This document shows, piece by piece, positions 23,518-33,353 of a stretch of 50,246 nt of DNA (the first letter of the stretch is position 1; each line of letters starts with the position of its first letter). The stretch is taken from the NCBI GenBank assembly GCA_000436075.1, contig FR884640.1:18367-68612 (forward strand), written 5' to 3'. The notes beneath the pieces are model-generated. The model searched no databases. It saw nothing but the letters and a program-made list of their open reading frames with translations, and was not told the origin of the DNA. Source of the stretch: Eggerthella sp. CAG:209 (GTDB lineage: Bacteria; Actinomycetota; Coriobacteriia; Coriobacteriales; Eggerthellaceae). Position numbers and translations under genes: made by a program.

Positions 23518-24648
23518 ATGGCCAACGATTTATACGAGGTGCTTGGCGTTGACAAGACGGCAAGCGACGATGAGATCAAGAAAGCTTTCCGAAAGAAGGC
23601 CCGCCAGCTTCATCCTGATGTGAACAAGGATCCTGATGCCGAGGATCGCTTCAAAGAACTTAATGAGGCTTATGACGTTCTGAGCGATCCTAATAAACGA
23701 GCTCAATATGATCGTTTTGGTACTATTCCTGGCGCTTCCGGCGGTGGCGGATCTCAATACGTAGATCTCGAAGATTTGTTTGGCGGCGGTTTCGGCGGTA
23801 TGGGTGACCTCTTCAGCTCATTTTTCGGCGGCGGGGGAGCTCGCGCCAATGTGCGAAAAGAAGGCCGCGATATGGGCGTAGGGTTGCGCATCACGCTTGA
23901 AGAAGCAGCATCGGGTGTAAAGAAGGAAATCGTATACGATCGCCTTGCTCCGTGTCCCGATTGCGAAGGTTCGGGGTTATCTGAAGGCGGAAGCGAAGTT
24001 ACCTGTCCTGATTGCAATGGCCAGGGTCGCGTTGTCACCGTTCAGCATACATTCCTAGGCGATATGCAGTCTGCATCTACCTGTCCTCGATGCTCTGGCT
24101 CAGGCAAGATTATCGAAAATCCGTGCCCCGAATGCGAGGGGCAGGGACGTGTTCCCGATCGTCAGCGCATATCTGTTGATATCCCTGTAGGCATTCGCGA
24201 TGGCCAACAGCTTCGTTTGTCGGGTTATGGCGAAGCTGGTATTCGTGGTGCAGAAGCGGGAGACCTTATCGTTACTTGCCGCATCGAAGAGCATGAGTTC
24301 TTCGAACGTCAGGGTGATGATCTGCACTGCTCTGCGGCGATCAGCATGGTTCAAGCGGCGCTTGGTGCCAAGATCGAGCTTGATGGCATCTTCGAGAATG
24401 AAAAGGTCTCTGTTACTATTCCCGAAGGATGCCAGTATGGCCAGGTTGTGCGCGTTAAGGGTGCTGGCATGCCCAAGTTCCGTAGCGAATCGCGTGGTGA
24501 CTTGCATGTTCATGTTGAGGTTAAGATCCCTACGCGTGTTTCCAAGGGCGAACGGGCTATTCTGGAGCGTTTGGCTGACGAAATGGGAGAGAACGTCTCC
24601 GAACAGCGTAGCCCTCTTCAGAAACTTCGAGACGCTTTCAACAATTAA
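23518..24648 (+). CDS. dnaJ: chaperone DnaJ
   Basis: J domain with HPD, G/F region, four CxxCxGxG repeats. Confidence 0.97.
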   Translation: MANDLYEVLGVDKTASDDEIKKAFRKKARQLHPDVNKDPDAEDRFKELNEAYDVLSDPNKRAQYDRFGTIPGASGGGGSQYVDLEDLFGGGFGGMGDLFSSFFGGGGARANVRKEGRDMGVGLRITLEEAASGVKKEIVYDRLAPCPDCEGSGLSEGGSEVTCPDCNGQGRVVTVQHTFLGDMQSASTCPRCSGSGKIIENPCPECEGQGRVPDRQRISVDIPVGIRDGQQLRLSGYGEAGIRGAEAGDLIVTCRIEEHEFFERQGDDLHCSAAISMVQAALGAKIELDGIFENEKVSVTIPEGCQYGQVVRVKGAGMPKFRSESRGDLHVHVEVKIPTRVSKGERAILERLADEMGENVSEQRSPLQKLRDAFNN

Positions 24649-24659
24649 TCGGGAGAGAT

Positions 24660-25439
24660 ATGTCGCTTCCTCATTTCTTCTTACGTGAACAGGTGCTGGC
24701 ATTTGAGTCGGCGCCTGTTTTTGCACTTCATCTTGATGCTGATGACATGAAGCATGCAAAAGTCTTGCGCCTTGCTGTAGGTGAGCATATAGCCGTCGTG
24801 GATGCCGTCTCTGATTATTTTGAATGCGATGTTGTTTCTTTCGAGGGTGATGAGCTTTCCGTATTCATTGCTCAGAAGCTTTCTTCGTGCGCGCGTCCTG
24901 AGGTTGTTCTAGTTCAGGGCCTGGCCAAGGGCGAGAAGATGGACACTATTGTTAGGCATGCAACCGAAGTTGGTATCGCTGAGTTTGTTCCCATGACTAC
25001 TTCGCGCAGCGTTGTGAAGCTTGATGCGAAGAAGTCAAAAGCCCGGTTTGAAAGATGGGCTTCTATCGCCAAGAGTGCTGCGATGCAGAGTGGGCGTTCC
25101 TCCAAGCCCGTCGTTCACGCGCCCTGTTCTGTCGCAGGGGCGGTTGATATCGCCAAAGATTGCGATGCTGTGCTGATTTGCTGGGAGGAGGCTGAGCTGT
25201 CCAATACTTTGGCTAAGGCTGTGTCGTGCTGCATTGCGGCCACCGGGAAAGATCCTCGCAGCCTGCGTATTGCTTTGGTGGTGGGCCCGGAGGGCGGTCT
25301 AACCGCCCAAGAGGTTGATCTTTTTCTTGCATTGCCTTATGCGTATTCGATCAGTTTGGGCCCAAGTATTCTTCGCACGGAAACGGCTGGGATCGTTGCT
25401 CCGGCTTTGGCGTTATATGAGCTTGAGGTGCGTTCATGA
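24660..25439 (+). CDS. rsmE: 16S rRNA m3U1498 methyltransferase RsmE
   Basis: HAKVLRL, ATEVG, VGPEGG, LGPSILRTETA. Confidence 0.94.
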   Translation: MSLPHFFLREQVLAFESAPVFALHLDADDMKHAKVLRLAVGEHIAVVDAVSDYFECDVVSFEGDELSVFIAQKLSSCARPEVVLVQGLAKGEKMDTIVRHATEVGIAEFVPMTTSRSVVKLDAKKSKARFERWASIAKSAAMQSGRSSKPVVHAPCSVAGAVDIAKDCDAVLICWEEAELSNTLAKAVSCCIAATGKDPRSLRIALVVGPEGGLTAQEVDLFLALPYAYSISLGPSILRTETAGIVAPALALYELEVRS

Positions 25440-26671
25440 GGGTATCGGTAGTAAACCTTGGCTGCAAAGTAAATAGAGTTGAATCCGACACTATCGCCAA
25501 AGCTTATGAAACCAGGGGTGCTCAACTGTGCTCGGTGCCGGATGCGGATATTGTTGTTGTGAACACTTGCACGGTAACCGAGGAAGCCGACAAAAAGACC
25601 CGTAAAAGCATCAGACGCGTTCTTCGTCAAAATCCGACTGCGCAAGTTGTGGTTACCGGTTGCGCAGCTGCTATCGAACCCGAGTTTTACCGTGGCCTTG
25701 ATTCCCGCATCTGCGTGGTGGATAAAATTGATTTGCTCGAAGAGGTGGGTGACGGCTCGGCTGCTTCTTCGGCAAATCTTATTCGTGTGGGAGAAGAATT
25801 CCCTACACGTGTTTCATTGAAGGTCCAGGATGGATGCAATCATTCGTGCACTTACTGCATCGTCCATGTTGCTCGGGGCAGGGCTTGGTCTCGTCCGATT
25901 TACGCTGTTTTAGAGGAAGCCTTGGCGTTGGCCGATGCAGGCGTCAAAGAGCTTGTTCTTACCGGAATCGATCTTGGATCCTATTGCTACACCGAAGGCG
26001 AGAAACGAATCCGCCTTGGCGCTCTGGTCCGCAGGATGCTTGATGAATTGAGCAAGGCTGGTCATGACGATGTCCGTTTGCGTGTTGGGTCCGTAGAACC
26101 AAGGTCGCTTGATCCTGAATTCGTGAAAGTCATGGCGGAGTCTGAGGGGCGCGTGTGCCGTCATTTACACCTGCCTTTGCAATCAGGCTCTGACAAAGTT
26201 CTACATGAGATGAATCGGCCTTATTCTGCCCATGAGTTCTTAGAGGTTGTTGCCATGCTAAAACGGCAAGTTGGCGATATTTCCCTTACCACAGACGTCA
26301 TTGTGGGTTTTCCCGGAGAAACAGAGCAAGATTTTGCCGATACCTGCAAGCTGGTGCGCGAGGTTGGCTTCACGAAAATTCATGTATTTCGGTATTCTCG
26401 CCGAGAGGGTACGCCAGCGGCAAGTCGCACCGATCAGATTCCAGCTGAAACAAAAGAACGTCGTGCGCGTGAATTAAGTGTTTTGGGCGATCGGTTGCGT
26501 ATTCAATACGCCCAGCGCCATATCGGCTCCCATGAGCTTGTTGCTGTCGAACAAGAAGGGTGGGGCATGACGGAATCGTATTATAAGGTTCGTGTGGATG
26601 GATTCCCCCAGGGTGCTTTGGTCGATGTATGCTTAACGGGCGTTGACGATGCTGCTATTATGAGGGCATGA
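25436..26671 (+). CDS. mtaB: tRNA t6A methylthiotransferase MtaB
   Basis: LGCKVN, NTCTVT, KVQDGCNHSCTYC, IHVFRYSRREGTPA; follows rsmE. Confidence 0.88.
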   Translation: MRVSVVNLGCKVNRVESDTIAKAYETRGAQLCSVPDADIVVVNTCTVTEEADKKTRKSIRRVLRQNPTAQVVVTGCAAAIEPEFYRGLDSRICVVDKIDLLEEVGDGSAASSANLIRVGEEFPTRVSLKVQDGCNHSCTYCIVHVARGRAWSRPIYAVLEEALALADAGVKELVLTGIDLGSYCYTEGEKRIRLGALVRRMLDELSKAGHDDVRLRVGSVEPRSLDPEFVKVMAESEGRVCRHLHLPLQSGSDKVLHEMNRPYSAHEFLEVVAMLKRQVGDISLTTDVIVGFPGETEQDFADTCKLVREVGFTKIHVFRYSRREGTPAASRTDQIPAETKERRARELSVLGDRLRIQYAQRHIGSHELVAVEQEGWGMTESYYKVRVDGFPQGALVDVCLTGVDDAAIMRA

Positions 26672-27633
26672 CTGATCTAGAGAACATCACACTTGTCATC
26701 CCATCCCCAATTGAGCCCTCTGCATTATTGGGACCCCAAGACGAGTTTCTTCACCTAATCGAAGACTCCACTGCTGCGAGAATTTCCTTGCATGAGAATT
26801 TGCTTCGCATTCAGGGCAACGCTCTTGAGGTGCAATCGCTTACCACGCTTTTTGCGGGTCTGATAAAAACGCTTGAGGCGGGCGAGGCTCTTACGGCCGA
26901 CGAGGTAAAGCGCTCTTTGAATCTCATGAGGGCCGGCGAATTGGCACCGCCTCCAATGAAGAACGATGTGATTCTTTCTTATCGCGGTCGGGCGATTCGT
27001 CCTAAAACACCCACGCAGAAACAATACGTGGATGCCATCCGAAAGAACACGGTCACGTTTGGCATTGGTCCGGCGGGTACTGGCAAAACATACCTTGCTA
27101 TGGCTATGGCGGTAGCAGCTTTCAACAACAAACAAGTTAGTCGCATTATCCTCACGCGACCAGTTGTCGAGGCTGGTGAGAACCTCGGTTTTCTTCCTGG
27201 TTCTCTTACCGAGAAAATCGACCCTTATATCCGTCCTTTGTATGATGCACTGTTTGAGATGATGGAACCCGGTCGTGCGAACAAGTACCTTGCTGACGGA
27301 ACCATTGAAATTGCTCCCCTGGCGTTTATGCGGGGCCGTACGCTCAATGATGCATTCATTGTTCTTGACGAAGCTCAGAACACTACTCCTGGGCAAATGA
27401 AGATGTTCCTTACTCGTTTGGGCATAGGTTCGAAAATGGTTATTACCGGCGACATTACTCAGGCTGATCTTCCCAAGGGCATTTCAGGCTTAAAGACTGT
27501 GCGTCAGGTTCTTGATGGTTTGGAAGATATAGCTTTTTGCGAGTTCAAGAATGCCGATGTCGTGCGCCATTCTCTGGTTGCGAGGATTGTTGCTGCCTAT
27601 GCGCGCGCCGAAGAGATGAATCTCCGTCTGTAA
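26668..27633 (+). CDS. phoH: PhoH family ATPase
   Basis: GPAGTGKT, RPVVEAGENLGFLPG, FMRGRTL, DEAQN. Confidence 0.94.
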   Translation: MTDLENITLVIPSPIEPSALLGPQDEFLHLIEDSTAARISLHENLLRIQGNALEVQSLTTLFAGLIKTLEAGEALTADEVKRSLNLMRAGELAPPPMKNDVILSYRGRAIRPKTPTQKQYVDAIRKNTVTFGIGPAGTGKTYLAMAMAVAAFNNKQVSRIILTRPVVEAGENLGFLPGSLTEKIDPYIRPLYDALFEMMEPGRANKYLADGTIEIAPLAFMRGRTLNDAFIVLDEAQNTTPGQMKMFLTRLGIGSKMVITGDITQADLPKGISGLKTVRQVLDGLEDIAFCEFKNADVVRHSLVARIVAAYARAEEMNLRL

Positions 27634-27644
27634 AGAGGTTGCCA

Positions 27645-28106
27645 ATGCAAGTCAATGTACTTATTGAGCACGGGGAAGAGCTTGTTGGTGGCTTTCCTAT
27701 TGAAGAGCTGTGCACGTTTGTTATGAAAAAGATGAACTTGCCGGAGTGCACCGATGTTACCGTTACGTTCGTTTCCAACGAACGTATCCACGAGCTTAAT
27801 CGTGAGTATCGAGGAATCGATCGTCCAACCGATGTCTTGTCGTTTGAGTGCGACAATGTTCCATTCGAGGATGAGGTTCTGGATGACGTTGAAGAATTTG
27901 AATTGGGCGATACCATTATTGCTACAGATGTAGCTCTTGCCCAAACCGAAGAATACGGAACTACGCTTGAAGAGGAAGTGACGATCCTTACCATCCATAG
28001 TTTGCTGCATCTTTGCGGATACGATCATATCGAGGATGATGATTACGAGATAATGCATGCTCTGGAAGAAAAGCTGATGCGTGAATGGAATGAGAGCCGC
28101 TCATGA
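27645..28106 (+). CDS. ybeY: rRNA maturation endonuclease YbeY
   Basis: LNREYRGIDRPTDVLSF, HSLLHLCGYDH; ATG 27645 after GAGG. Confidence 0.94.
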   Translation: MQVNVLIEHGEELVGGFPIEELCTFVMKKMNLPECTDVTVTFVSNERIHELNREYRGIDRPTDVLSFECDNVPFEDEVLDDVEEFELGDTIIATDVALAQTEEYGTTLEEEVTILTIHSLLHLCGYDHIEDDDYEIMHALEEKLMREWNESRS

Positions 28107-28477
28107 CGCGTGATGGCTTTTCTCTTTTTGCCGCGTTCCGTTGTGCGGGGCGCGGAATAATCGACACAGCTCACGAGCGCAATTTTCATATTGAATTTGC
28201 TTGCATGCTGCTCTGCATTGCTCTCGGTTTTGGTTTTGGTATTAACCCTTATGAGTGGCTTGCCGTTGTAGTTTGCTTTGGCTTGGTTTTGGGCGGCGAG
28301 TGTTTAAACTCATCGATTGAGGCAATAGTTGATTTGGCAAGCCCTGAGTATCATGAGCTTGCTCGTAAATCAAAAGACGCCGCCGCTGGCGGTGTACTGC
28401 TGTTTTCTTTGGCCTCATTGGTTGTTGGCTTGATTATTTTTGCGCCGCGAATTCTTTGCCTGCTTGGCCTGATGTAG
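28103..28477 (+). CDS. dgkA: diacylglycerol/undecaprenol kinase (DgkA family)
   Basis: ERNF, ECLNSSIEAIVD, KSKDAAAG. Confidence 0.9.
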   Translation: MTRDGFSLFAAFRCAGRGIIDTAHERNFHIEFACMLLCIALGFGFGINPYEWLAVVVCFGLVLGGECLNSSIEAIVDLASPEYHELARKSKDAAAGGVLLFSLASLVVGLIIFAPRILCLLGLM

Positions 28478-28499
28478 GGCGCGTTTGTAAAGGAATTAT

Positions 28500-29426
28500 A
28501 TGGAAATCAATCAAAGCACCATCGATCCAAAGACGTTTAGGTCGGGATTTGTGACTCTTGTTGGTCGGCCAAGTTCGGGTAAATCCACTTTGCTCAATGC
28601 TCTTATGGGAAAAAAACTTGCCATTGCGTCGCCCACGGCTCAAACAACGCGCCATCGATTCCGTGCTGTTCATACTACCGAAGATCATCAGATGGTTATT
28701 GTTGACACTCCCGGTGTGCATAAACCCCATGATGCTCTCGGGGAAGAACTGAATACAACGGCACTAAAGTCACTCGACGGCATAGATGTTGCAGCATTCT
28801 TGCTGGATGCATCGGCTCCCTTTGGCCGCGGTGACGAATGGGTCATTTCCGAGCTTTCCAAGAACAGGGTTCCGAAGATTCTTGTTCTTTCAAAAATTGA
28901 CCTGGTGAATGATGAACTTCTCGACGAACAGCGTCATAAGGCGGTTTCTTTAGGTGATTGGGATGAAGTTGTAGAGGTTTCGTCACTTACAGGTGCTGGC
29001 ATCGACGATTTCATCGATGCTGTTGTTCGTCGCTTGCCCACCGGCCCACTTTGGTTTCCCGCAGACATGGAAACCGATCAGCCTCTCGAAGTTATCATTG
29101 CCGAATTCATTCGTGAGAAGATCTTGCTTACCGCACATGATGAAGTGCCTCATGCTGTTGGCGTGGTCGTTGATGCCATGGAATACAATCGACGAAAGAA
29201 TCTTCAGAAGATTTATGCCACTGTCTATGTGGAGCGTGATAGCCAGAAAGGCATCATAATCGGCAAGGGCGGGCATGCTATCAAGGAAGTTGGCACCCAG
29301 GCGCGCGAGGACCTCGAAACCCTTCTGGGCAAAAAGGTATTTCTCGATCTCAATGTTAAGGTTCGTAAAAACTGGAGGCGGGATCTAAACCAGATTCGTC
29401 GTTTTGGCTATGGTGAGGGTGCATAG
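28500..29426 (+). CDS. era: GTPase Era
   Basis: GRPSSGKST, QTTR, DTPG, IREK, EVPH, SQKGIIIGKGG KH domain. Confidence 0.96.
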   Translation: MEINQSTIDPKTFRSGFVTLVGRPSSGKSTLLNALMGKKLAIASPTAQTTRHRFRAVHTTEDHQMVIVDTPGVHKPHDALGEELNTTALKSLDGIDVAAFLLDASAPFGRGDEWVISELSKNRVPKILVLSKIDLVNDELLDEQRHKAVSLGDWDEVVEVSSLTGAGIDDFIDAVVRRLPTGPLWFPADMETDQPLEVIIAEFIREKILLTAHDEVPHAVGVVVDAMEYNRRKNLQKIYATVYVERDSQKGIIIGKGGHAIKEVGTQAREDLETLLGKKVFLDLNVKVRKNWRRDLNQIRRFGYGEGA

Positions 29427-29431
29427 GATCA

Positions 29432-30208
29432 ATGGCTTCGCGTTCATATAGCGTGAGGGCTTTGGTGCTTCGTCGCACAAAGCTGGGGGAGAGCGATGTG
29501 ATTTGCACTTTGCTCTCATGTGATGGATCGCAAATACGAGCGGTCGCGAAGGGGGCTCGAAAGCCCTCTTCTTCTTTCGCCTCTCGCTTAGAGGTTTATT
29601 CTGTTTGCGATTTGCTTCTCTGCCAAGGGAAAACTCTCGACATCGTCAAAGAGGCGCGCTTACTGGAAGGAAATGAGCATCTTCGTAGGGACTATGCCTT
29701 GATGGAGGCAGCTTCGCCTATGGTTGAAATTCTTGACAAAACTACTCAAGTAGGGTTGGAAGATGAACGCTTGTTTCCTATGACATGTGTTGCGCTGAAA
29801 GCATTAAAGGCTGCCAATTTGGAAAACGCTGTTGCATCCCCTGAGTGTTATACGGCTGGTTATCTGCTTAAAACGCTTGCTGTATTGGGCTTTCGTCCTC
29901 GTTTTGATGCCTGTGTTGAGTGCGGAAATTCAATTTCACCAGAAAGGCTTCCCTCTCGTGCGCCCTTTTCGCTTGTTGATGGTGGCATGGTTTGTCCGTC
30001 TTGCAGTTATGCGAGTGAAACAATTGTCCTTTCTCGCGATACCGTGCTGTGGGCTCAGGCTTTGCTGTTCAGCACTTTCGAGGAGATTTCTCATTTTGAA
30101 ATAGAAGTTGACGAACGTTTGCGCGTTATGCGATTCCTTCAGCTGTGGATTCGCCAACATTTGGGTATTTCATTGAAATCTCTGGACTATTTAATATCGT
30201 TTAGATAA
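29432..30208 (+). CDS. recO: DNA repair protein RecO
   Basis: LGESDVI, AVAKGARKP, CVECG..CPSC zinc finger; follows era. Confidence 0.92.
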   Translation: MASRSYSVRALVLRRTKLGESDVICTLLSCDGSQIRAVAKGARKPSSSFASRLEVYSVCDLLLCQGKTLDIVKEARLLEGNEHLRRDYALMEAASPMVEILDKTTQVGLEDERLFPMTCVALKALKAANLENAVASPECYTAGYLLKTLAVLGFRPRFDACVECGNSISPERLPSRAPFSLVDGGMVCPSCSYASETIVLSRDTVLWAQALLFSTFEEISHFEIEVDERLRVMRFLQLWIRQHLGISLKSLDYLISFR

Positions 30209-30394
30209 CTCGATCAACTTCAAACGCTCTCTTTTTCAGACTGGCATTACCCATGGTGGTTACTCCTTGGCGCTATTACGCTACACTGGGTTTTATGAAC
30301 TTGTTCACTGTGAATGATCTGCTGCAATGTTGAGGGATATTGCAGCAAGTCCTTCAGGCATGGGGATGCCTGAAGGAGGAAAGAGGGGTGTATT

Positions 30395-32452
30395 ATGGCT
30401 GCTCCCGCAACCGAACATGTACGTAACATTGTGCTGGTAGGCCAAGACGGTGCCGGCAAAACATCACTTGCCGAAGCAATGCTACACGTTTCTGGGAAAA
30501 CTCCGCGCATGGGAACAACTCATGACGGCAAGTCATACCTCGACTATGACGAAGAGGAGATTCGTCGTCATTTCACCTTAGGCACGTCAATTGCGCCCAT
30601 TCCTTATAAGGATTACAAGATCAATTTGCTTGATACCTCGGGTCAGCCTGATTTTCTTGGAGATACGCTTGCAACTATGCAGGCGGCAGAGATGGCCATG
30701 TTCGTTGTCGATGCCGTTGACGGTCCTCAGGTTATGACCACGCGTTTGTGGCATGAGGCTGAAACTATGAGGTTATGCCGCTGCGTTTTCATCAATCACA
30801 TCGACCGTGAGCATGCCAATTTTGATGTAGCAATGGCCACTCTCCATGCTCGCTTTGGTTCTCGTTTGGGCGCAGTAACAATACCTATGGGCGTTGATAA
30901 AGACTTTAAGGGCGTGATCGACGTTCTTCGTATGAAAGCTCGTTACTTTGAGGGAGAAGATGAACGCGTCGAGGAGATTCCTGAGAATTATCTCGATGTT
31001 GCCCAAGTTGCTCGCGATAAGTTGTGCGATTTAGTCGCGGAAGCTGACGAAGACTTGATGATGAAATATCTTGATGGCGAAGAGCAGTTAACCCAAGAAG
31101 AACTTGAGCAGCTGCTCGATAAAGCGATTGCGCAAGAGATTTTTATTCCCGTCTTCGTCGGCTCTACGATTATCAAGCAGGGCATTAAAGGTCTAATGGA
31201 GGATATTGCAAGCTATTTTCCCCATCCTCGTGCACACGGGCCCTTCTATTTGGCTAACGGTGAAGAGCTCTATGTCGACGAAACGGGCGAACCTGCTGGG
31301 TTCGTTTTCAAGACGCTCTCCGATCCGTATGTTGGCCGCATGAGCTTTATCAAGGTGCTTTCCGGATACCTTGAGCCCGGAATGGAACTTATGAACGCGC
31401 GTAGTAAGAAGAAAGAACGTCTTTCTCATCTTTACGTGATGATGGGCAAGGAGCCTATGGATGTTAAGAGCGCCAAAGCCGGTGATATCATTGTGGTCCC
31501 CAAGATGAATGAGACGAAAACCGGTGATACGCTCTCGCTTTCTGGCGATATCGAGGTTGATCCGCTGCCGAGTCCCGTTCCGCTTTACCCCATCGCCCTT
31601 GAAGCTGAAAACAAGAAGGATGAGGATAAGCTGGGAACATTCCTTTCCAAGCAAGCGGAAATTGATCCAACCCTGCGTTTGGTCCGATACGAAGAAACTC
31701 ATCAACAAGTTGTATTTACGATGGGCGACATGCATGTAGATGTGCTGTTGAACAAGTTAAAGAATCAGGCGAAGATCGAAGCGCACCTTGTTCCTGTTCG
31801 AATTCCTTATCGCGAGACAATTCAAAAAACCGCAGAAGCAGAGGGTCGTCATAAGAAACAGACTGGCGGCTCTGGACAGTTTGGCGATTGTTGGCTTCGT
31901 CTTTCTCCTAACCCAGGTGAAGGTTACGCATTTGTGAGTGAAGTGGTTGGCGGCAGAATTCCGAAGAATCTCATTCCGGCTGTGGACAAAGGTGTCCAGG
32001 AAGCCATGGCGGAGGGCTTCCTGGCTGGCTATCCCATGGTTGATATCAATTGCGTAGTGTTCGATGGTTCCTACCATGCGGTAGATTCCAACGAGATGGC
32101 TTTCAAGACCGCTGCTCGACTTGCATTCAGGGCGGCCTGTCAGCAAGCCGACCCCATAATTTTGGAGCCTATGGCAGATATGGATATCACTGTTGGCGAG
32201 GCGTATGCAGGGGCTGTTATGGGTGATATCTCTACACGTCGAGGTCGAATTGTTGGCACCGATTCCAACGACGAGGGTGAAACCATAATTGTTGTACGGG
32301 TTCCGTATGCTGAAGTCCTCTCGTATACGAAGGATTTGCGAGCCCTTTCTCGTGGTAGCGGAACTTATTCTGTGCGTCTTAATGGATATGAGCCAGCTCC
32401 TTACGATGTCCAGAAGAAACTTGTCGAACTATATGAAGCATCCCGGAAGTAG
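30395..32452 (+). CDS. elongation factor G paralog (EF-G II / FusA2-like)
   Basis: Full five-domain EF-G layout (IPYRETI, KKQTGGSGQFG, DGSYHAVDS, ILEP) with divergent G motifs; not in the str operon. Confidence 0.9.
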   Translation: MAAPATEHVRNIVLVGQDGAGKTSLAEAMLHVSGKTPRMGTTHDGKSYLDYDEEEIRRHFTLGTSIAPIPYKDYKINLLDTSGQPDFLGDTLATMQAAEMAMFVVDAVDGPQVMTTRLWHEAETMRLCRCVFINHIDREHANFDVAMATLHARFGSRLGAVTIPMGVDKDFKGVIDVLRMKARYFEGEDERVEEIPENYLDVAQVARDKLCDLVAEADEDLMMKYLDGEEQLTQEELEQLLDKAIAQEIFIPVFVGSTIIKQGIKGLMEDIASYFPHPRAHGPFYLANGEELYVDETGEPAGFVFKTLSDPYVGRMSFIKVLSGYLEPGMELMNARSKKKERLSHLYVMMGKEPMDVKSAKAGDIIVVPKMNETKTGDTLSLSGDIEVDPLPSPVPLYPIALEAENKKDEDKLGTFLSKQAEIDPTLRLVRYEETHQQVVFTMGDMHVDVLLNKLKNQAKIEAHLVPVRIPYRETIQKTAEAEGRHKKQTGGSGQFGDCWLRLSPNPGEGYAFVSEVVGGRIPKNLIPAVDKGVQEAMAEGFLAGYPMVDINCVVFDGSYHAVDSNEMAFKTAARLAFRAACQQADPIILEPMADMDITVGEAYAGAVMGDISTRRGRIVGTDSNDEGETIIVVRVPYAEVLSYTKDLRALSRGSGTYSVRLNGYEPAPYDVQKKLVELYEASRK

Positions 32453-32551
32453 GCAGTCTTGCTTTCTGAAGGCTAAATTTCCTTATTTTCGGCTGCACTT
32501 CTTAATTAACGTTGATTGTTCGATGTGAGCCGAAATGCTGTTTGGTCTTGA

Positions 32552-32589
32552 TATGAAACCCTAGGGTATTTTCGCCCTGGGGTTTCATA
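32552..32589. repeat. 15-bp inverted repeat (possible terminator of the EF-G paralog)
   Basis: TATGAAACCCTAGGG-TATTTTCG-CCCTGGGGTTTCATA, one G.U pair. Confidence 0.7.
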
Positions 32590-32905
32590 ATCTTTAGCAT
32601 TGGGGGATTCTTGTTGTAGGCTCATGGAAGAGGATTGTGAGATGTGTCTTGGTGGTGCTTTGAGGCGTAAGTTTGATGTGGTTGGCAAATGGGCCCTTTT
32701 GCGCCGCTGAAGGCGAACTTTTTTGGAACTCTTCGACGTTGCAGCCATGACCGACAATGCCCTTCTCTGGGCATGAATCGAGCTGATTGGCTTTGCTCTC
32801 TGGGGTGTTGCAACGGCAATTCCGCTAATTTCTTCACTGAATGCCGTTGATTAATTAGTGGCATTTTGATTATCTTCACATGCCGAACACAACCTCAGAA
32901 AGCTG

Positions 32906-32934
32906 TTGAGCCTGAAAAGACGCTCGCTTATACT
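32906..32934 (+). promoter_or_regulatory. putative rpsO promoter
   Basis: TTGAGC-17 bp-TATACT. Confidence 0.6.
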
Positions 32935-32959
32935 AGATAAGCTGCATTTTGCAGTAAGT

Positions 32960-33037
32960 AGGCTTCACGCCTAGCTCGCATGCACCACCCGCTTGCTCGC
33001 TCGGCATGGAGGGAATTAGATGTAGAAAGGTGGACAG
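32960..33037 (+). promoter_or_regulatory. putative S15 autoregulatory leader RNA
   Basis: CTTCACGCC(32963-32971) pairs with GGCATGGAG(33003-33011) around an internal CACC..CGCTTGCTCG segment, followed by GGAA. From memory this resembles Firmicutes-type rpsO leaders. Confidence 0.45.
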
Positions 33038-33325
33038 ATGCCTAACAAGCTTAGCATCTCCAAAGAACGCACTGCAGAGCTCATGGCTGAGTTCGGCAAG
33101 AACCCCCAGGACTCTGGTAGCGCAGAGGTACAGGTTGCTATCCTGTCTGAGCGCATCAAGAACCTGACCGAGCACCTGAAGGAGCACCCCAAGGATCACC
33201 ATACCCGTCGTGGCCTGCTCATGCTCGTAGGTAAGCGCCGTCGTCTCCTCGTTTACATCAAGAACCGCGACGTTCTTGAGTACCGTGAACTCATCAAGAA
33301 GCTCGGCATTCGCGACAACATCTAA
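33038..33325 (+). CDS. rpsO: 30S ribosomal protein S15
   Basis: [42 protein letters not shown]. Confidence 0.98.
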   Translation: MPNKLSISKERTAELMAEFGKNPQDSGSAEVQVAILSERIKNLTEHLKEHPKDHHTRRGLLMLVGKRRRLLVYIKNRDVLEYRELIKKLGIRDNI

Positions 33326-33330
33326 GCATT

Positions 33331-33353
33331 AAGCCCGCGCTAGCGGGCTTTTT
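33331..33353 (+). terminator. rho-independent terminator after rpsO
   Basis: AAGCCCGC-GCTA-GCGGGCTT followed by TTT. Confidence 0.88.

Noticed and set aside
27537..27644. Cys-rich N-terminal extension on YbeY in the ORF track
   Set aside because: It overlaps phoH; the real start is ATG 27645 with its own SD
30297..30306. GAACTTGTTC as a possible LexA box before the EF-G paralog
   Set aside because: The spacer is 2 nt; the SOS box needs GAAC-N4-GTTC
32506..32879. Minus-strand ORFs of 83 and 85 aa in the long intergenic region
   Set aside because: They overlap each other and show no convincing RBS or recognisable protein features
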